Shown: positions 51,216 to 63,977 of the stretch, in pieces
How positions within the stretch are numbered: the first letter of the stretch is position 1
How the letters are laid out: every line of letters begins with the position of its first letter
Source of the DNA: Ramazzottius varieornatus
Lineage: Eukaryota; Animalia; Tardigrada
Reading direction: 5' to 3'
Assembly: GCA_001949185.1 (NCBI GenBank)
Contig: BDGG01000008.1
Coordinates: 310,001-374,000, forward strand
Length of the DNA: 64,000 nucleotides
The notes under the pieces: generated by a model
The model's database searches: none
Seen by the model: the letters and a program-made list of their open reading frames with translations, nothing else
Told to the model about the DNA's origin: nothing
Position numbers and translations under genes: made by a program

Positions 51216-51974
51216 GGCTAATATTCCAAGTCCCAGCTATCCTTTTGACTAGGATGGATCGAATGCCCAAGAAACGGACGTTCAGGATCAACCTCTTTCC
51301 AACTCAGTTGAGTTCCACACCTGCGATCGGGGAACGAAATGAATTCAGGGTTTAGGAGGAAGTTCAGAAGAGTCCACAGAAGAGTAAGAAAATGACCCAA
51401 ACACCCGAACCGAACACAAAATCAAAACTAAACGTCTGCAATCAAATGAATCAATGCGAATCAACCAGCGTGCGTGTGATATCATATGACATGACGTGAC
51501 CGGTTAACTGTGGGTGGGTGGGAACGCTACTGGTGATTCACTTGAGATGTTATGTCCTCATAGCAGTGTAAGAAATGCGTGAGTCGGGTTGGGTTTTGTT
51601 TGGGTGTTTGGGTGTTTGGGTTTTGGGGACTTCCGGTCCTTGGCATTGCCGCTGGAATCGGACAAATCCAAGAATGCAAGAATCACTAGCCTTTGTGCCT
51701 CTTCTTGATCTGTGCTGGTCATTTTGGTTATTATGCGCTGGGGCGGGGTAAGAGAATCAGACGTTGCGGGTAGCCCTTGTCTCATGCACATAATATTATA
51801 CTGAACGCACTGCGGTCGTCGTAAGGTATGGGAATGGGATTTTCAGATTTTGTGTTCTCTAGCTGAATGAAATCCCGGTCTTCACTCTCAACAGACTAGC
51901 TGTTATTATGTGCTATTATCTACCATAATTATACTATTGTCTGTTATTATTGCTGGCAGACGTTCTTGCCACCA

Positions 51975-54372
51975 ATGCGAAAGCAGCTTCCGTCTTCAAC
52001 CAACCACGGAAGCCCCTCTAAGGAAACTCTGGATGGACTGCTGATCGGCAAAGTGCAGGTCGACAATCGCAGGTCGACAAATTTCCTCCGAGCAGTTTTT
52101 CGTCATGACACCAAGCAGGACCGGGACTGCACTGATTTACATTCCGAAAGAGGTATGCAATTAACCCGAGCTCGAGGGTGGTTGAGGCTAAAGTTGCTCA
52201 GATACAAAGTACGTGCTCGTGGGATCACGTCGACTGTACTCTCGCGACGCGCCTAATCATGATCCTTGTAGTAGAAATTAGAATCCCATCAGATGTATTT
52301 TGAAGTGACCTTGTGGAAGACATGCATTGGTGCTCTGGCGGACAATGTCCATCAACAGTAAACGCGGTAATAGCGACACACTAACCATTACTCGCGATGC
52401 ATTGGACGATATTATGCGCACTATGAGAGAGCTCAAGGTATCATTGGACAGAAAGGTGGCTGAAAAGCATCGTACTGATGAACTTCATCGACGGCAGATC
52501 CTGGATTTGTCGTGTCAGCTTGGCTTGGACAAGAAAGCATCGCCGAGAGGTATTTGGTATCAGCCAAAGAAAAATTCACTTCGTTGTATTCTGAACATTT
52601 TGTATGTGGTGTTTTCTTCAGGGGACGTCACTGAACAAACTAGAAGTTTGAAAGAGCAGATTGGGCTGAAGGATGAGGTGCACCAACTTCGGAGGGAGAA
52701 CCAGCAGCTGAAACGCGAAAGGCAGGAAGCGAGTAGTCAAGACCGGCTGACGAGTCTTCTGAAATGCCAGATTGATCAGCTTCGTAGAACCAACAGCGAG
52801 CAACAGAAGCAGATCGAAAAGGCAAACGAGAAAAGTAAGGAAGAAGCTAGGTTACATCGTCTTCGTGTAGCCAGCCTTGAGGGAGCCAACAGTTCGCTCT
52901 TTAGGGAGAACCAAGCTTCACACCAGCGCCTTCGAGAGCAAACTGAACCAACTCAAAACAGTCCACGTTCGTCTGCTCCTCCCGATCCTTTACCTACTCC
53001 GCTCTGCACTTCCACCCCTAAAAGATACCAACATGCGCATACATCACTACTTGGACACAGAAACGAAAACGAATCGTTCAAAAATATTCAGAGAAGTCAG
53101 ACCGGAAATCGCCACAGAAATGACAATGAATCGTTCGAACAGAACAACAGATATCACAATGTAGTTCGTCAGAGGAACGATAATGAAGTATCGGAGGTCC
53201 GTCCTTACTCTGTCCAGACATGCGGCCGTCCATCGCCATGGGCGTCACCACCCCAAAGGTTCCAGACACAAGACACGGTACCTCTGTCCGCCACAGATCT
53301 CGGAGAGGATCTGTATCAAAATAATAACAGCTTTTCCGCACCACAGCCCGTCTATACACAATGCAGGAAAGTTGACGTTTGTCATCAGTCCGGTGGACCC
53401 ACTATCTGCTCAAAAGAGACACAGATGGTCCCTCAGTCCGTGACGGACATGGGCGGAGCGCTTCATAATATCGTCAGTGGACCACACAATGAATTGCCCG
53501 ACGTACGGCGCTGCTTGCCTGAAGAACCTCGACAAGCCGAGTCAGTGAACGAGAGAGCGTCCCAACAGTTCATAACGTCCTGCAGGCAGCCTCCCGCAAA
53601 ACCGTCGCTGAATCAGAATAGCATGGAGTGCGTAGAGGCACCTGTGGCAGAACCACAATGCAACATGCAAGGTGCGGATGGTGAAGCTAGGAAGTCTGTA
53701 CAGCAAAGCGGCAGTTTGGAGCAGATATCGAACGAAAGCAATAAACTGTCGAAGCAAGTCAAATCACTAAAGAAGTCCCTAACGAAACTACAAGAAAACT
53801 TGTCAGCGGACGATCGGTTCAAACGAGAGAACGAGGAACTTCGAGCGCAAGTCAGCCATCTGAATGCATTGATTGATCGGCAAGCGTTGGTCCTAAGGCG
53901 AGATCGCCATGAGTTCTTCGATGAGGAAGACAGTACACTGAGTCTACCTCGGCCCTTTGGGTCGGAAGAGTTTCAGGGTCCTTGTGAAAAAACTTGTGAG
54001 CGAACCTGCCCGGAACCGGTCAACAGCTTCGCTGAACACCACGACAGCTACGGCGACCCGGAAGTGTCCAGCTGTACACAGCCACAAACGGCGATCTGTA
54101 ACGTGCCTGTCAGTTCGTGTAATTCTGCCAAGGATTCGTGGTTTGATTTCCTGGACAGGAAAGAACAGGAGCTGTTGAGTGGTAGAGCACAAAAGAAGTC
54201 GTGGAAGTGCGCTGATCCGGTACAACCTGCGTGTCCTCCACCTGAACCTCCAAGGAGGGAAGAGCCTACCGCGGATAACGCTGGCTGTGCTGTGCCACTT
54301 CCTCGGAAATCATCGCGGTCGACACTTCCACTGCAGCCGGTCTCTTATATACCGCCTCGCCGAACTCAGTAG
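51975..54372 (+). CDS. Uncharacterised coiled-coil/low-complexity protein (start uncertain)
   Basis: 681-codon open frame 52327-54372, probably containing a small intron near 52550-52621, with heptad-like EQ/KR-rich segments. Probable upstream exon 51975-~52152. Confidence 0.65.
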
Positions 54373-54691
54373 TGTCCTTTTTGTCATACATGCAGTACCC
54401 TTTGTTACAGTTTTACGCAAACCTGTTCTTGGCAGCTGTCAGAACTGTTGGAGAAGAATTGTGATGGTAAAAAACCCCCCAAAAGGTGATGGTAAATAGA
54501 TACTCGTTTGACTTGCAAATTTTTGTGTCGAAACTTCCCGGCGTAGTAAATACCAAATTTTGCCAAATAATTGTGAGCACAAAGTATTCCGCTCCTTTAA
54601 GGTAATACTAAGTTTTTATTGAGCGTTTGTCTCGTTTGTGTGTCCGCGCACATTAATATCAGTTACGGCCTTATATATACGAAAGATCAAC

Positions 54692-56614
54692 ATGCCGGCG
54701 TGGGAGCTGTGTTCTCGGGGTTGCGTGCTGGCAGGACTAGTTGCCTTGATGATTTCAGCCTGTTCCGCGCAGGTCCGAAATACCTTCCCACCAGCCAGAA
54801 AATATGACTTTGATGCTCTATCTAACGCTTTCACCGCAGGACCTTGCGGGATGCCAAGAGGTGGGCACTCAACATGATGTTGGAAGGACTGGTCTCCTCA
54901 TTCGTTACAATCTGTCCTGTACTGCATACGGTACAGTACTAAGCTCTGTTTCATCTACCGATGGGTGGTACTTTTAGCCTTCTGGCCAACCCATCCAACA
55001 TTTTTTATGGTTTCTTTTACGGCCATAGTTCTTAGTTCGCGAGGCGAGTCAACTTGGCCGTTTTAGAAAGTTTTGATCAGCTTTCGATCATCCCGCTACG
55101 GGGGAAGATCAACTGATAGGATCTCTGATCCTCAGTATGTACCATCCTCCACACAGTCGTACGCGTGAATCCGTCCCCGGTAGTGAGCACGCGGCAAACC
55201 GGCCAATCAGCGGTCAGCTGTCAATCAGTCAAACATGAATGTGCTGTATCACACACGGTTAGCCCAGCGTGTCATTGATTACCTGATTATGTACTCATGG
55301 CGCAAACCCTACATCGCAAATACCGCGGCCGTCAAGCAATGGGTTCCATCGTAAACAGCATCTTCTCGTGGAGTACCGTGGTCTCGTGTGTAAAAGTCTT
55401 GGACCTTGGACAAGTTACCCATCGGTATGACCATCACAATGTCGCAGCAAGCCATGGGATGGAGTCTTCCTGCAACCAAGTGCAAGCCTTTGTTACCAAG
55501 ATATTCACCGCATCTGGAGGAAACCAGGAACCACAGTAGCTTAGTGCATCATGCGGTCCTCAAGCTTCGTACCGGTTATGAAAGACGAGTTTGGCGAGAA
55601 GTAGTCCAAGACGACATCTAGCGGTTCGCCCTGCACAAGGTTCGTTGTGGTCTCCGGACCAATATTGGGAAACGTCTTGCAGCTCGTGTTCAGACCTTTG
55701 AGATTTTAAACAAGGTTAACTTGGCCAATCAACAAAGAAGACCATCAGGTTTCACTAAAACGGAGGAAATTTTACCTTCGGGTCGCCATCCAATAGCAAT
55801 CCAGTTTTTGCTTTGAGCTTGAAGAATCACTTCAATTTCCTGAGTACTGTTCAAGATACGTCAGTGAAAGGTGAAGTTGGAGGACTTCGACGGTTTCACC
55901 TGGTAGTCTTCCGGTTTGAAGGTGATATTCGCGACCGGTAATTCCTGCATGCAGTTGGGGCCATGATGGCCGGCAAAGCAGTAGCAACGCCGCTTGGGGT
56001 ACGACTGGGCGTCATTGTCGATGCACTGTCCGTGTCCGCGGTCCGAGTTTTGCACAGTCATCTGCGGAAGAAAAGGAGAAAGCTTCACTTCAATTCACTG
56101 TCAGTTCTATCGAAGATACTCTAGAACACATCGTGCGAAAAAGTTATCACAAAATTCCACCTTTGTATTGACAGAGTAGCTTCAGAAGACCCGACCACCG
56201 GCATCATAACAGCAGTGTTTCAGAAACCTTTGATGGGTATATTGAAATATGCGTATCCTGATATCGTGAATACCCGAATGCTGTCTTTTTCCGAATAATT
56301 TTCATCCAGTTTTCTAAAACAATCTTGTTCATCTTCTGCTCGTATTTGCAGCTCGGGAGCCGGCTGATCAGTCGATTACTATTGGAATGATGCATGTCAT
56401 ATGGGCGGTAGGACAAGATCTTTACAATCCGCCATCAGCCAAGGATCCGCCCATCGATCCGATGGGCACCAAAATGGCCGCCAAACCGTCGAACCCAGAT
56501 CTGATCCGTGAGTTCTATCGCAAGGGTGAAGTTTACGAGCATGCACACAAACCGCAGAATTGTTGGTACTGGAGTCTCGACCTATGCATGGGCGACTGTA
56601 CCCATTCTCCATAA
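54692..56614 (+). pseudogene. nahoda-like EGF-DOMON secreted protein pseudogene with internal inversion
   Basis: Plus strand: signal peptide + TFPPARKYDFD..PCGMP (54692-54860) and MMHVIWAVGQ..EFYRKGEVYEH (~56352-56614). Minus strand (~55283-56062): EGF GQCID..YPKRRCYCFAGHHGPNC, DOMON FH*RIL..WIAIGWRP and LHPMACCDIV..VQDFYTRD, with stops at 55861 and 55309. Confidence 0.75.
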
Positions 56615-56859
56615 AGTAGCAGTTGCACTAAGGCGTGTTTTGAGAACAGGATCCCGGAGGTACAAAGTTAACGGCTTCTGTCCCTTTGCATGAAGATAAC
56701 CGTGGCTGCATGCGGATGTTAAGTTTTATTCAGTTGTCAGTAAAACCCATTTTAGAGCAAACGTTGTGTGTACGAGAAAAAATTGTCTTACACCCAACTT
56801 TGCATTCTGTGAGACTTTACGAGTTATATTCTGCTGGCTTAGCGTGCACCACGTACACT

Positions 56860-57513
56860 ATGGCGACATCCATGACCTTGTCGATGGGCTTGATTTCGGT
56901 GATCTTTGCTGCTTGCTTGTTTGTGTACCATGCAGAAGCAAGAAAGTTCAATAGAGTTGAAGTGGAAGACTGGGAGAAGTTGCCGGAAGATATGCAGACT
57001 GACTCTTCCGACGTCGGCTCTTCCCTTGAAGCTCGCCAAGGCCAGTGTCATAGGTCCTGTTCCAAGAGATGCGTGGCGCAAGAAGGGCAACTCACTAGAT
57101 GCCGCACTACCTGTACCAAACGATGTCTGGTCGGAGATGAGGACACGGACGAAGATGTTGCGAATACGACAACAAGAAGTTCCGGTAAGTGACCGTAAGT
57201 TTATTCCCCCCACGTTCGGGGCCATATACAGTTGTGTCACGTATACTTTTGGATCGTTCGGATTTTTAATGGTGAATCCTACGTTGCAGCCTTCAGGTCG
57301 ACAACGGTCCCGTCAGTCCCAGACCATACCACCACCGCCACCTTCAACACCACTACGACCGTCGATACCGCCATCGAAGCTACGACAATTCCGTCAACCC
57401 TCGGTTCTGTAGTTCCAACGAAAACGAGGAGAAACCGAATCACCAATCGGAACAAGAAGCTTTCTCCCGACGGCGAAGTTGTCTGGTTGGCCATTTTTCA
57501 AGAGACGGGGTGA
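56860..57513 (+). CDS. Secreted protein: signal peptide, acidic pro-region, 6-Cys module, Thr-rich mucin-like tail
   Basis: Exons 56860-57184 and 57290-57513 join in phase 1; CHRSCSKRC-x9-CRTTCTKRC. Confidence 0.75.
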
Positions 57514-57744
57514 TCCTCTAGATGCCGATAACGACTAACCCGGAACTGGCTCCACAGTATAGCCTGACCATAGCCTAGTACTGTTTCTCAGTGCGATGTT
57601 CGCGCTTTTTGTGCTCCTGCTGAATTAATAATACCTTCGTTGCTAATCTGTTGCTAATTTTAACAGTACCAGTACCTGACAAGATTATCAAAGCAAATCA
57701 AAAGCAAAATGACAGTTATTGGGAACTGATTAAACCAACAACGT

Positions 57745-60700
57745 TCATCCTTTCTCAGGTTTACCAGCGTTCTTATTCTTGTCTACAGTCCCACCAGTAA
57801 GCCGAAGCTCCGTTCCGTCTGATAGTTTCGTACTAAGGGCTTCTCCCCCGATTGTTATGTACTTTTTGGGGGTCGCAGACAGTTTCAGCGTCGGTGGCTG
57901 TGTATCCCGGAACATGGCCAGCATCCTGTCCAGCTTGGCCACTTCCGTCTTGAAGTCCACACCAAGATACCTGCCTGGTGGCCCTTTAGCGTGCTTTCGT
58001 TTCCCCGCTCCATGCTTACCTTTCACACCTCCATGCGCGCCAGGCCCGGTCGTTTGTTCCGGCACGACGATCTTCCTTAAATTCGGGCTGAGTTTGAATA
58101 TCTGTACAGAGCCCGTTTGGTCACACACGAGAACATACGGCCCCCATGGGTTGAACCTGACAGTTTCCGGTCGGCTCTTGTTCGTCACAGCCACAGTTTG
58201 AGAACATAGAGGAGTATATTTCGACACCGCTAGATCGTAGATTAGCAGTTGACCGTCGGTCAGCAATGCAGCGAACATTGTGGAGTTGTATGGTGCCCAA
58301 GCGACGTCGCGCACTCCCACGTCGAAGCTCCACTTGAAGATGTGACCGTCTTTGAGACGATGGAGGTCGAAAATGTAGATTTTGTAGTCGTAGCCGCAGG
58401 TGATGAAGACGTCTTTGTGGTAGGGGTTCCAGCGGACCGCGGAGACGGGGAGCTCGTGGACTCGCATGGAGTGCTTGACGTGCCGGAAGACGTCAAAGTC
58501 GCAGAAGTGGACGAAGCCGAAGAGTGTGCCGATGAGGAACAGGTTCTTTTGGAGAGGACAGAAGGAGACGCAGTGAGGCTGATCGAGGTGCCAGTTGGGG
58601 TTGTGGAAGAAACCGGGCATGCTTGTCGAAAGAAGCAGCCGCGTCGGTATCAGCGTGTGCTAAAATGATAATTGTGACCCTAAGCTAGCGGGAAAATGGA
58701 AGTCAATTCGAAATAAGGGACCAGGTTAGTTTAATACCTTCTCGATGGTCCATTCCCTGAAGTTTCCTTCCAGACCAACCGAAAAAAATCTAATATCTCC
58801 ATCTGGATTTTCTTGTAGGAACTTGATCTGTAAAAGGGATTGTCACCATAACATGTCTCCACAAATAGACGCAACACTAAAACGGGCTACTCATACCTGG
58901 CAGACGCTTCTCGTGTGGACTTCATCGAAACAGGAAGTTTCGGCCACTGGACCGTCGCTCCTGACACCCAGGTTGATGTAGATGATGTTGCCGTTATTCG
59001 TCCCACCAACCAAGATGAAGCCCTTGGGATGAATGTCGAAAGCCATGACAGGCTTCGCAATGTACTGAAGATACTCAGGATAAACCGGATTTCGTAGCGA
59101 GAACCATGCGACGAAGCCAGTCGTCTGCCCGGGACCGATATGCGGGTCCCATACTGTCAATACAAATAGAAATTTCGTTGCATCACACGTACAATTAGAA
59201 TGTTTTAGTGACTACAGACTTCCAACGAACCTTCGTCTCGTCCTCCACTACACACAAACATATCAGGATACCGCGGATGCCATATGGCGTATTCCATCTT
59301 GACATCTTTCAGCCTTGGATGATGAAGGTTCCAAAGCGGCATCAGGGAACCGGTAGAGCGATTTCCGTCTAGAAGGTCTTCAAAGTACCGATAGTCTTGC
59401 GAGACCGGCAAATGGAAAGGCTGAAGAATCAGCTTCTCCATCAGTTTCAGACCGCGGAAAATATGCTGAATATGCCTTTGTTTTTCCAGAGTAATCAGCT
59501 TTGTCGGAGCGATGTGGGTTGGCCACTCGGCACCATCGGCCACTTTCCTTTTGGTTACATCGATCTTCTTGTGTGTCGGTATCAGATTGAGTACCCACTG
59601 CTTCTCAAAGCCGGCTTTTACTTCCGCCAGAATTTCACTGTCGTGCTTGCGGACTTCGACGACGGAATGTTGGCCTGAAGGGTGAGAATGATCCTCCTTC
59701 ACATCTGCCCGCTTTCTTGCTTGGTCGGCAGCGTATAGATCATCGATGGCGTAGCGACGAATCTTTACCCGGAAGTTCATAATTGGCATTTCATCAGTCT
59801 CACTTGCAATCTCCTTCATAACGAATAAATACAGTATGAAGTGTCTATCCCTGATACGGAATATCTCATTACGGGAATAAATTAAGGACTTACGTACGAC
59901 TGTCGCTGCCATATTTGTTGTGGGCGGAACACCGACTCGATGTAGTTATAGCGCTTCCGCGGACCCGGAAGTTGCTTGCCATCCACGACAGGAAACCGCT
60001 GAGCTCGTTCTTCGAGCACCGCCTTTCCCCTCGCAGAATTCACGTGAAGCTTTGTTCCCACTTGGAGAAAAACAATTTCCGACTGACTGATGTTCTCCTC
60101 TTCCGTGATCATACCTGTCTGAACACAGCGACAACTGACTTTAACTACTTCACTGGCTTACTATCATACTACGGTATTCACTATTGGTACTTCGCGGGAC
60201 TAACCTAACCTTCTGATTATATTTTACGAGGTTCACAGGGGCGTTAGGGTTGTGATCTTCTCGCAAAATATTCAGCGTTTGTTTTAACAAAGCCAGGTCC
60301 TCGGGTACTTCCTGGTCGATGGGGGCCACTTTCTTGCCGCCTTTCGTCAAGTGACCGAAACCGCCGGGGAAGTAAGCCAAGCGAAATTTTTGACCGAGAG
60401 TCTTTCCGGGACCAGCCATTGTAGAATGCCGTCTGGTGTTCGTAACAGCGGAAGGAGGTCCGAAGATGGAAATCCGCGGCCTGGCGGAAACCTTTACACA
60501 CAGCAAGAAACAACTGTAAAAGCACACCGGAAACAACGTTCGATATTACGGTTGTTCCTCGTTCGATGATGTTACCTTCTCGATAGCGAAAGCTTTCGGC
60601 GGCAACAGGGCCAAAGTGCGGGTATAGAACATTTCACAGGAAAGTATGTGTCGCTGATACACACGGATTTGCCGGCAGAGGTCCTCGTACTGATTGGGCG

Positions 60701-60947
60701 TGCAAGTTCGTTTCCGCATGGCAGAACCCCGAGCTGCCAGTCGATCGACAAAGTCCGAACCAAACACTTGTTCCAGGATCCGTGCAGGTAAGGAAGGATT
60801 AGTCTTTTCTCGTCTGTAAAAGAATTCGATAGCTTCCTTCTCCGCGTTGAAGGGCGGGAGACGCAATTGGCTCGCACGCCGCTGATGACGAACAGTGGAA
60901 GCATGGTGGACAAAAGATTCACGGTTCCGCGAGTAGTGAGACTGCAA
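57745..60947 (-). CDS. DNAI1: Axonemal dynein intermediate chain (WD40), DNAI1/IC78-like; 5' end uncertain
   Basis: ILREDHNPNAPVNLVKYN, DYRYFEDLLD..GSLMPLW, FSLRNPVYPEY, VRWNPYHKDVFITCGYD, VRDVAWAPYNSTMFAA, FKLSPNLRK. Confidence 0.85.
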
Positions 60948-61933
60948 CGTTAACGAGAATTTCATTGGGGGAAAAGGTGACAACAAGAACTGTCAAGAAC
61001 AAGGGATAATTCAACATAGAAATTCTGAGGCTCGATGCCGAAATTCCGCAAAATTTAATCTGATTACCGGACGGCTCCTGAACGCTTCCGACATTGTCAC
61101 GCCAAAATTAATAAGCTATTCACAAAGAGTGTTCTTTTCCTTCATGAAACGCAATTCGCATACGCACAGCAAACTAGATTCATCATAAAATTCGATTGAC
61201 AACAGATCCCATATGCATCGTGGTCTAAACAGTCCAAAAGACTTACCGGGAGTTCAAATCACTGCGACGCAGGGACAGCAACTCGTATTCCGGCTGAGAG
61301 GTTGCTAAGTTGTCCGCTGCTGCCTGGACCAGTCGGAAATCTGGAGAGATCGTGAAGACGATGCTGCACCTAAACTAAAAACAAGTACTTTCCCTGGAAA
61401 TGGCTATCGATCGGTAGCCACTGTCCGGCATTGTAACCCGCAAAGCGAAAGCATGTAAACTACTCCCATGCACACTGTCGCTCTCCGCTTCTGCGCCCGT
61501 TTAGCGAATACCAGTCAATGACACAATCAACACCAGTCCAACATGCAGAAACCGCCTGTTCAAAATCTTAGACCGGTTTGTTGTGATTTTTGGTACGTCG
61601 TGCTGTGTCCTGATCGAATAATCAAGATTATCGGATGTATGAGCGATTGTTTGCTTAGATTCGTGAAGCTGAAACCGGTTCGTGCTTCCACTTGCAGAGT
61701 GGCGGCCACGTACATGGCCTCCTTCTACACGATGGAGGTACTTTTTAGCATCGAGGCAGCTACAAAGTTCAGCCCGTACGGCGCATCGTTCAAGGACAAG
61801 TTCCAACGCACTGTCATCCTCTTTCAGCGCAGTCATCGACTCTCCGCTGGTCCAGAAGGACAACGCCACGCAACGTGTGCTACGGCATTTCCTGCTTTCA
61901 CCAAGCGACCTGATCCGCTCCATATGTTCTGGG

Positions 61934-63977
61934 ATGGCAACTGTAACTCATCGCGGAGCGGGTGATTCGCTGCAGGTACGTACAGAAGATCGCTGGTGGC
62001 ATGTGGCAGACCGGAAGTTGCTTCAGTACGCGTGAATGTATGGCTCGCCTACGATACTATTACCTTGCAGGATCGTGACCCAGGAGGAAAGCAAGGAAGT
62101 GAAGCTGCAGATTCGTCAGGATCAAGAGCAAAAGGGACTATCCAACCGCAAACGAAACGGATTTATGGAATAGTATTCGCTATCTTGTTGGTTGATCTCC
62201 TGGCATTTACATGCATCCTGCCACTTCTTCCAGCTTTGTTCGATTACTATGGCCAGAAAGACACGAAGGTTCGTTGTGATGTTCCGAGGAGATTTCACGT
62301 GCAAAACTTGGTGTGCGGAGCGTTGCTAAATTTTGTATTCCTTTCCAGGATAGCACATATCGAGCTCTCCAGGATTTCGTGGAGCGAACTCAAACCTTCT
62401 TGGGAATACCTGTCTCTGAAAAGTTCAATTCCGTTCTATACGGAGGACTACTGGGATCGCTCTTCTCCTTCCTGCAGTTTGTTGCTTCCCCTTTGATCGG
62501 CTCTTTGTCCGACGTATATGGCCGCAAAACTTTGCTACTAATCACCACAGTAAGCTTTAGATGGTCCTGTATAAATCGAAAATGCTTATTGCCTGTCGAC
62601 TACAGTCCGGATTTTTTCCAGGCCGGAATTGCGTTATCTTACATTGTGTGGGCGCTCTCAACGTCTTTCACGTTGTTCGTCCTCGCCAGAATAATCGGAG
62701 GTATTAGCAAAGGAAACATCAGTATAGGTACGGCCATTATCACGGATGTATCTACGCCGGAAACCAGAGGCAAGGGCATGGTGAGAAGATTTTTTCACAG
62801 CATTAACCTGTGTGAGATTTTGATGGTCGACGATTGAGTTTTCTGTTATTGTGGTCGTAGGCGCTGGTCGGGATCGCGTTTTCATTGGGGTTCATAATTG
62901 GACCGATGATCGGAGCACTGTTTTCCGCCTATGCAAAAGCTAACAACGTCTCCAACTTTTTCATCTACCCCGCCGTGTTTTCCCTGGTTTTAGAACTGCT
63001 CGATTTGGCACTGATTTGGCGGTTTCTTCCGGAGACGCTATCGAAAGAAAAGAGAGTACGAAAAATGTTTCGAACCCAGCCCGAATCGCTTTGTCTGAGT
63101 CACGAGCCTTATTTTATTTTAGGCACCATCGGTCCTGAAGAATCTCAAAGAAACCGTGGACTTCATCGACCCTCGTCGTTTGCTAAATTTCTCCGCTGTC
63201 AAGAAACTATCCGCGGAGAACCGGGCTTTACTTCGAAAGATGGGCGTCACCTACCTCCTGTTCTTGTTCTTTTTCTCCGGACTGGAATTTACCCTGACGT
63301 TTCTCATGCATAACCGATTCGACTACAACAGGTTCGTGACAGTTTTACTTCCCGTCTTCCTTCCCTTCTTTTCGTTATCGAAATTGTCGTCATCGAGGTT
63401 TTCTGTTCTCCTAGCGTCCAGCAAGGACGAATGTTTCTCTTCATCGGCATAATCATGATAGCCGTACAAGGCGGATATGTCCGCCGCATTCCCGCTGGCA
63501 AGGAAAAAAAAGTAGCCATTTTGGTAAGGGCGTTTTCTTCGTGTAACTCAACTATAAATTGTTGCACCAAATGGCGCACCTTGTCAGTGATACTGGCTGA
63601 AGGCGTGCGTCACTGGGGAAAACGATTTCGTCGACTCTGTACGCCAAGCTCCAAATGCTTTGCAGGGTCTTTTGATGGTCATACCGGCCTTCGTCATCAT
63701 CGCTTTCGCGACGGCTCAACCGATTGTCTACCTCGGTTTGGCCATGTACTCATTCTCTTCGGCGACGATTGTGCCGTGTCTGACTACCATCGTGTCGAAC
63801 CAAGGAGGTGACGACCAGAAAGGAACTGTGATGGGCATTTTCAGATCTCTGGGCGCTCTAGCACGCACCGTCGGACCACTTTTCTTTTCTACACTCTACT
63901 GGAGTTTAGGACCAACCATATCGTACACTATCGGCGGACTCTTACTGTCTTTGCCTTTGATAACTTTGAGAAGATAG
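61934..63977 (+). CDS. MFSD10: MFS transporter MFSD10/TETRAN
   Basis: LLVDLLAFTCILPLLP, GGLLGSLFSFLQF..GSLSDVYGRK, ARIIGGISKGN, FSGLEFTLTF, QKGTVMGIFRSLGALARTVGP. Confidence 0.92.
63572..63612. repeat. Dyad element N29 (MFSD10 intron)
   Basis: aaaTGGCGCaccttgtcagtgatactggctgaaggcgtGCGTCActg. Confidence 0.8.

Noticed and set aside
55861-55863. In-frame TGA at a conserved Trp: selenocysteine or recoding?
   Set aside because: The same gene has a TAG, a frameshift and an inversion, so pseudogenisation is simpler.
6092-63612. Dyad repeats as CRISPR array, integron attC sites or Introner elements
   Set aside because: They are dispersed in eukaryotic introns with no cas or integrase gene, and they lie inside introns rather than defining both splice sites.
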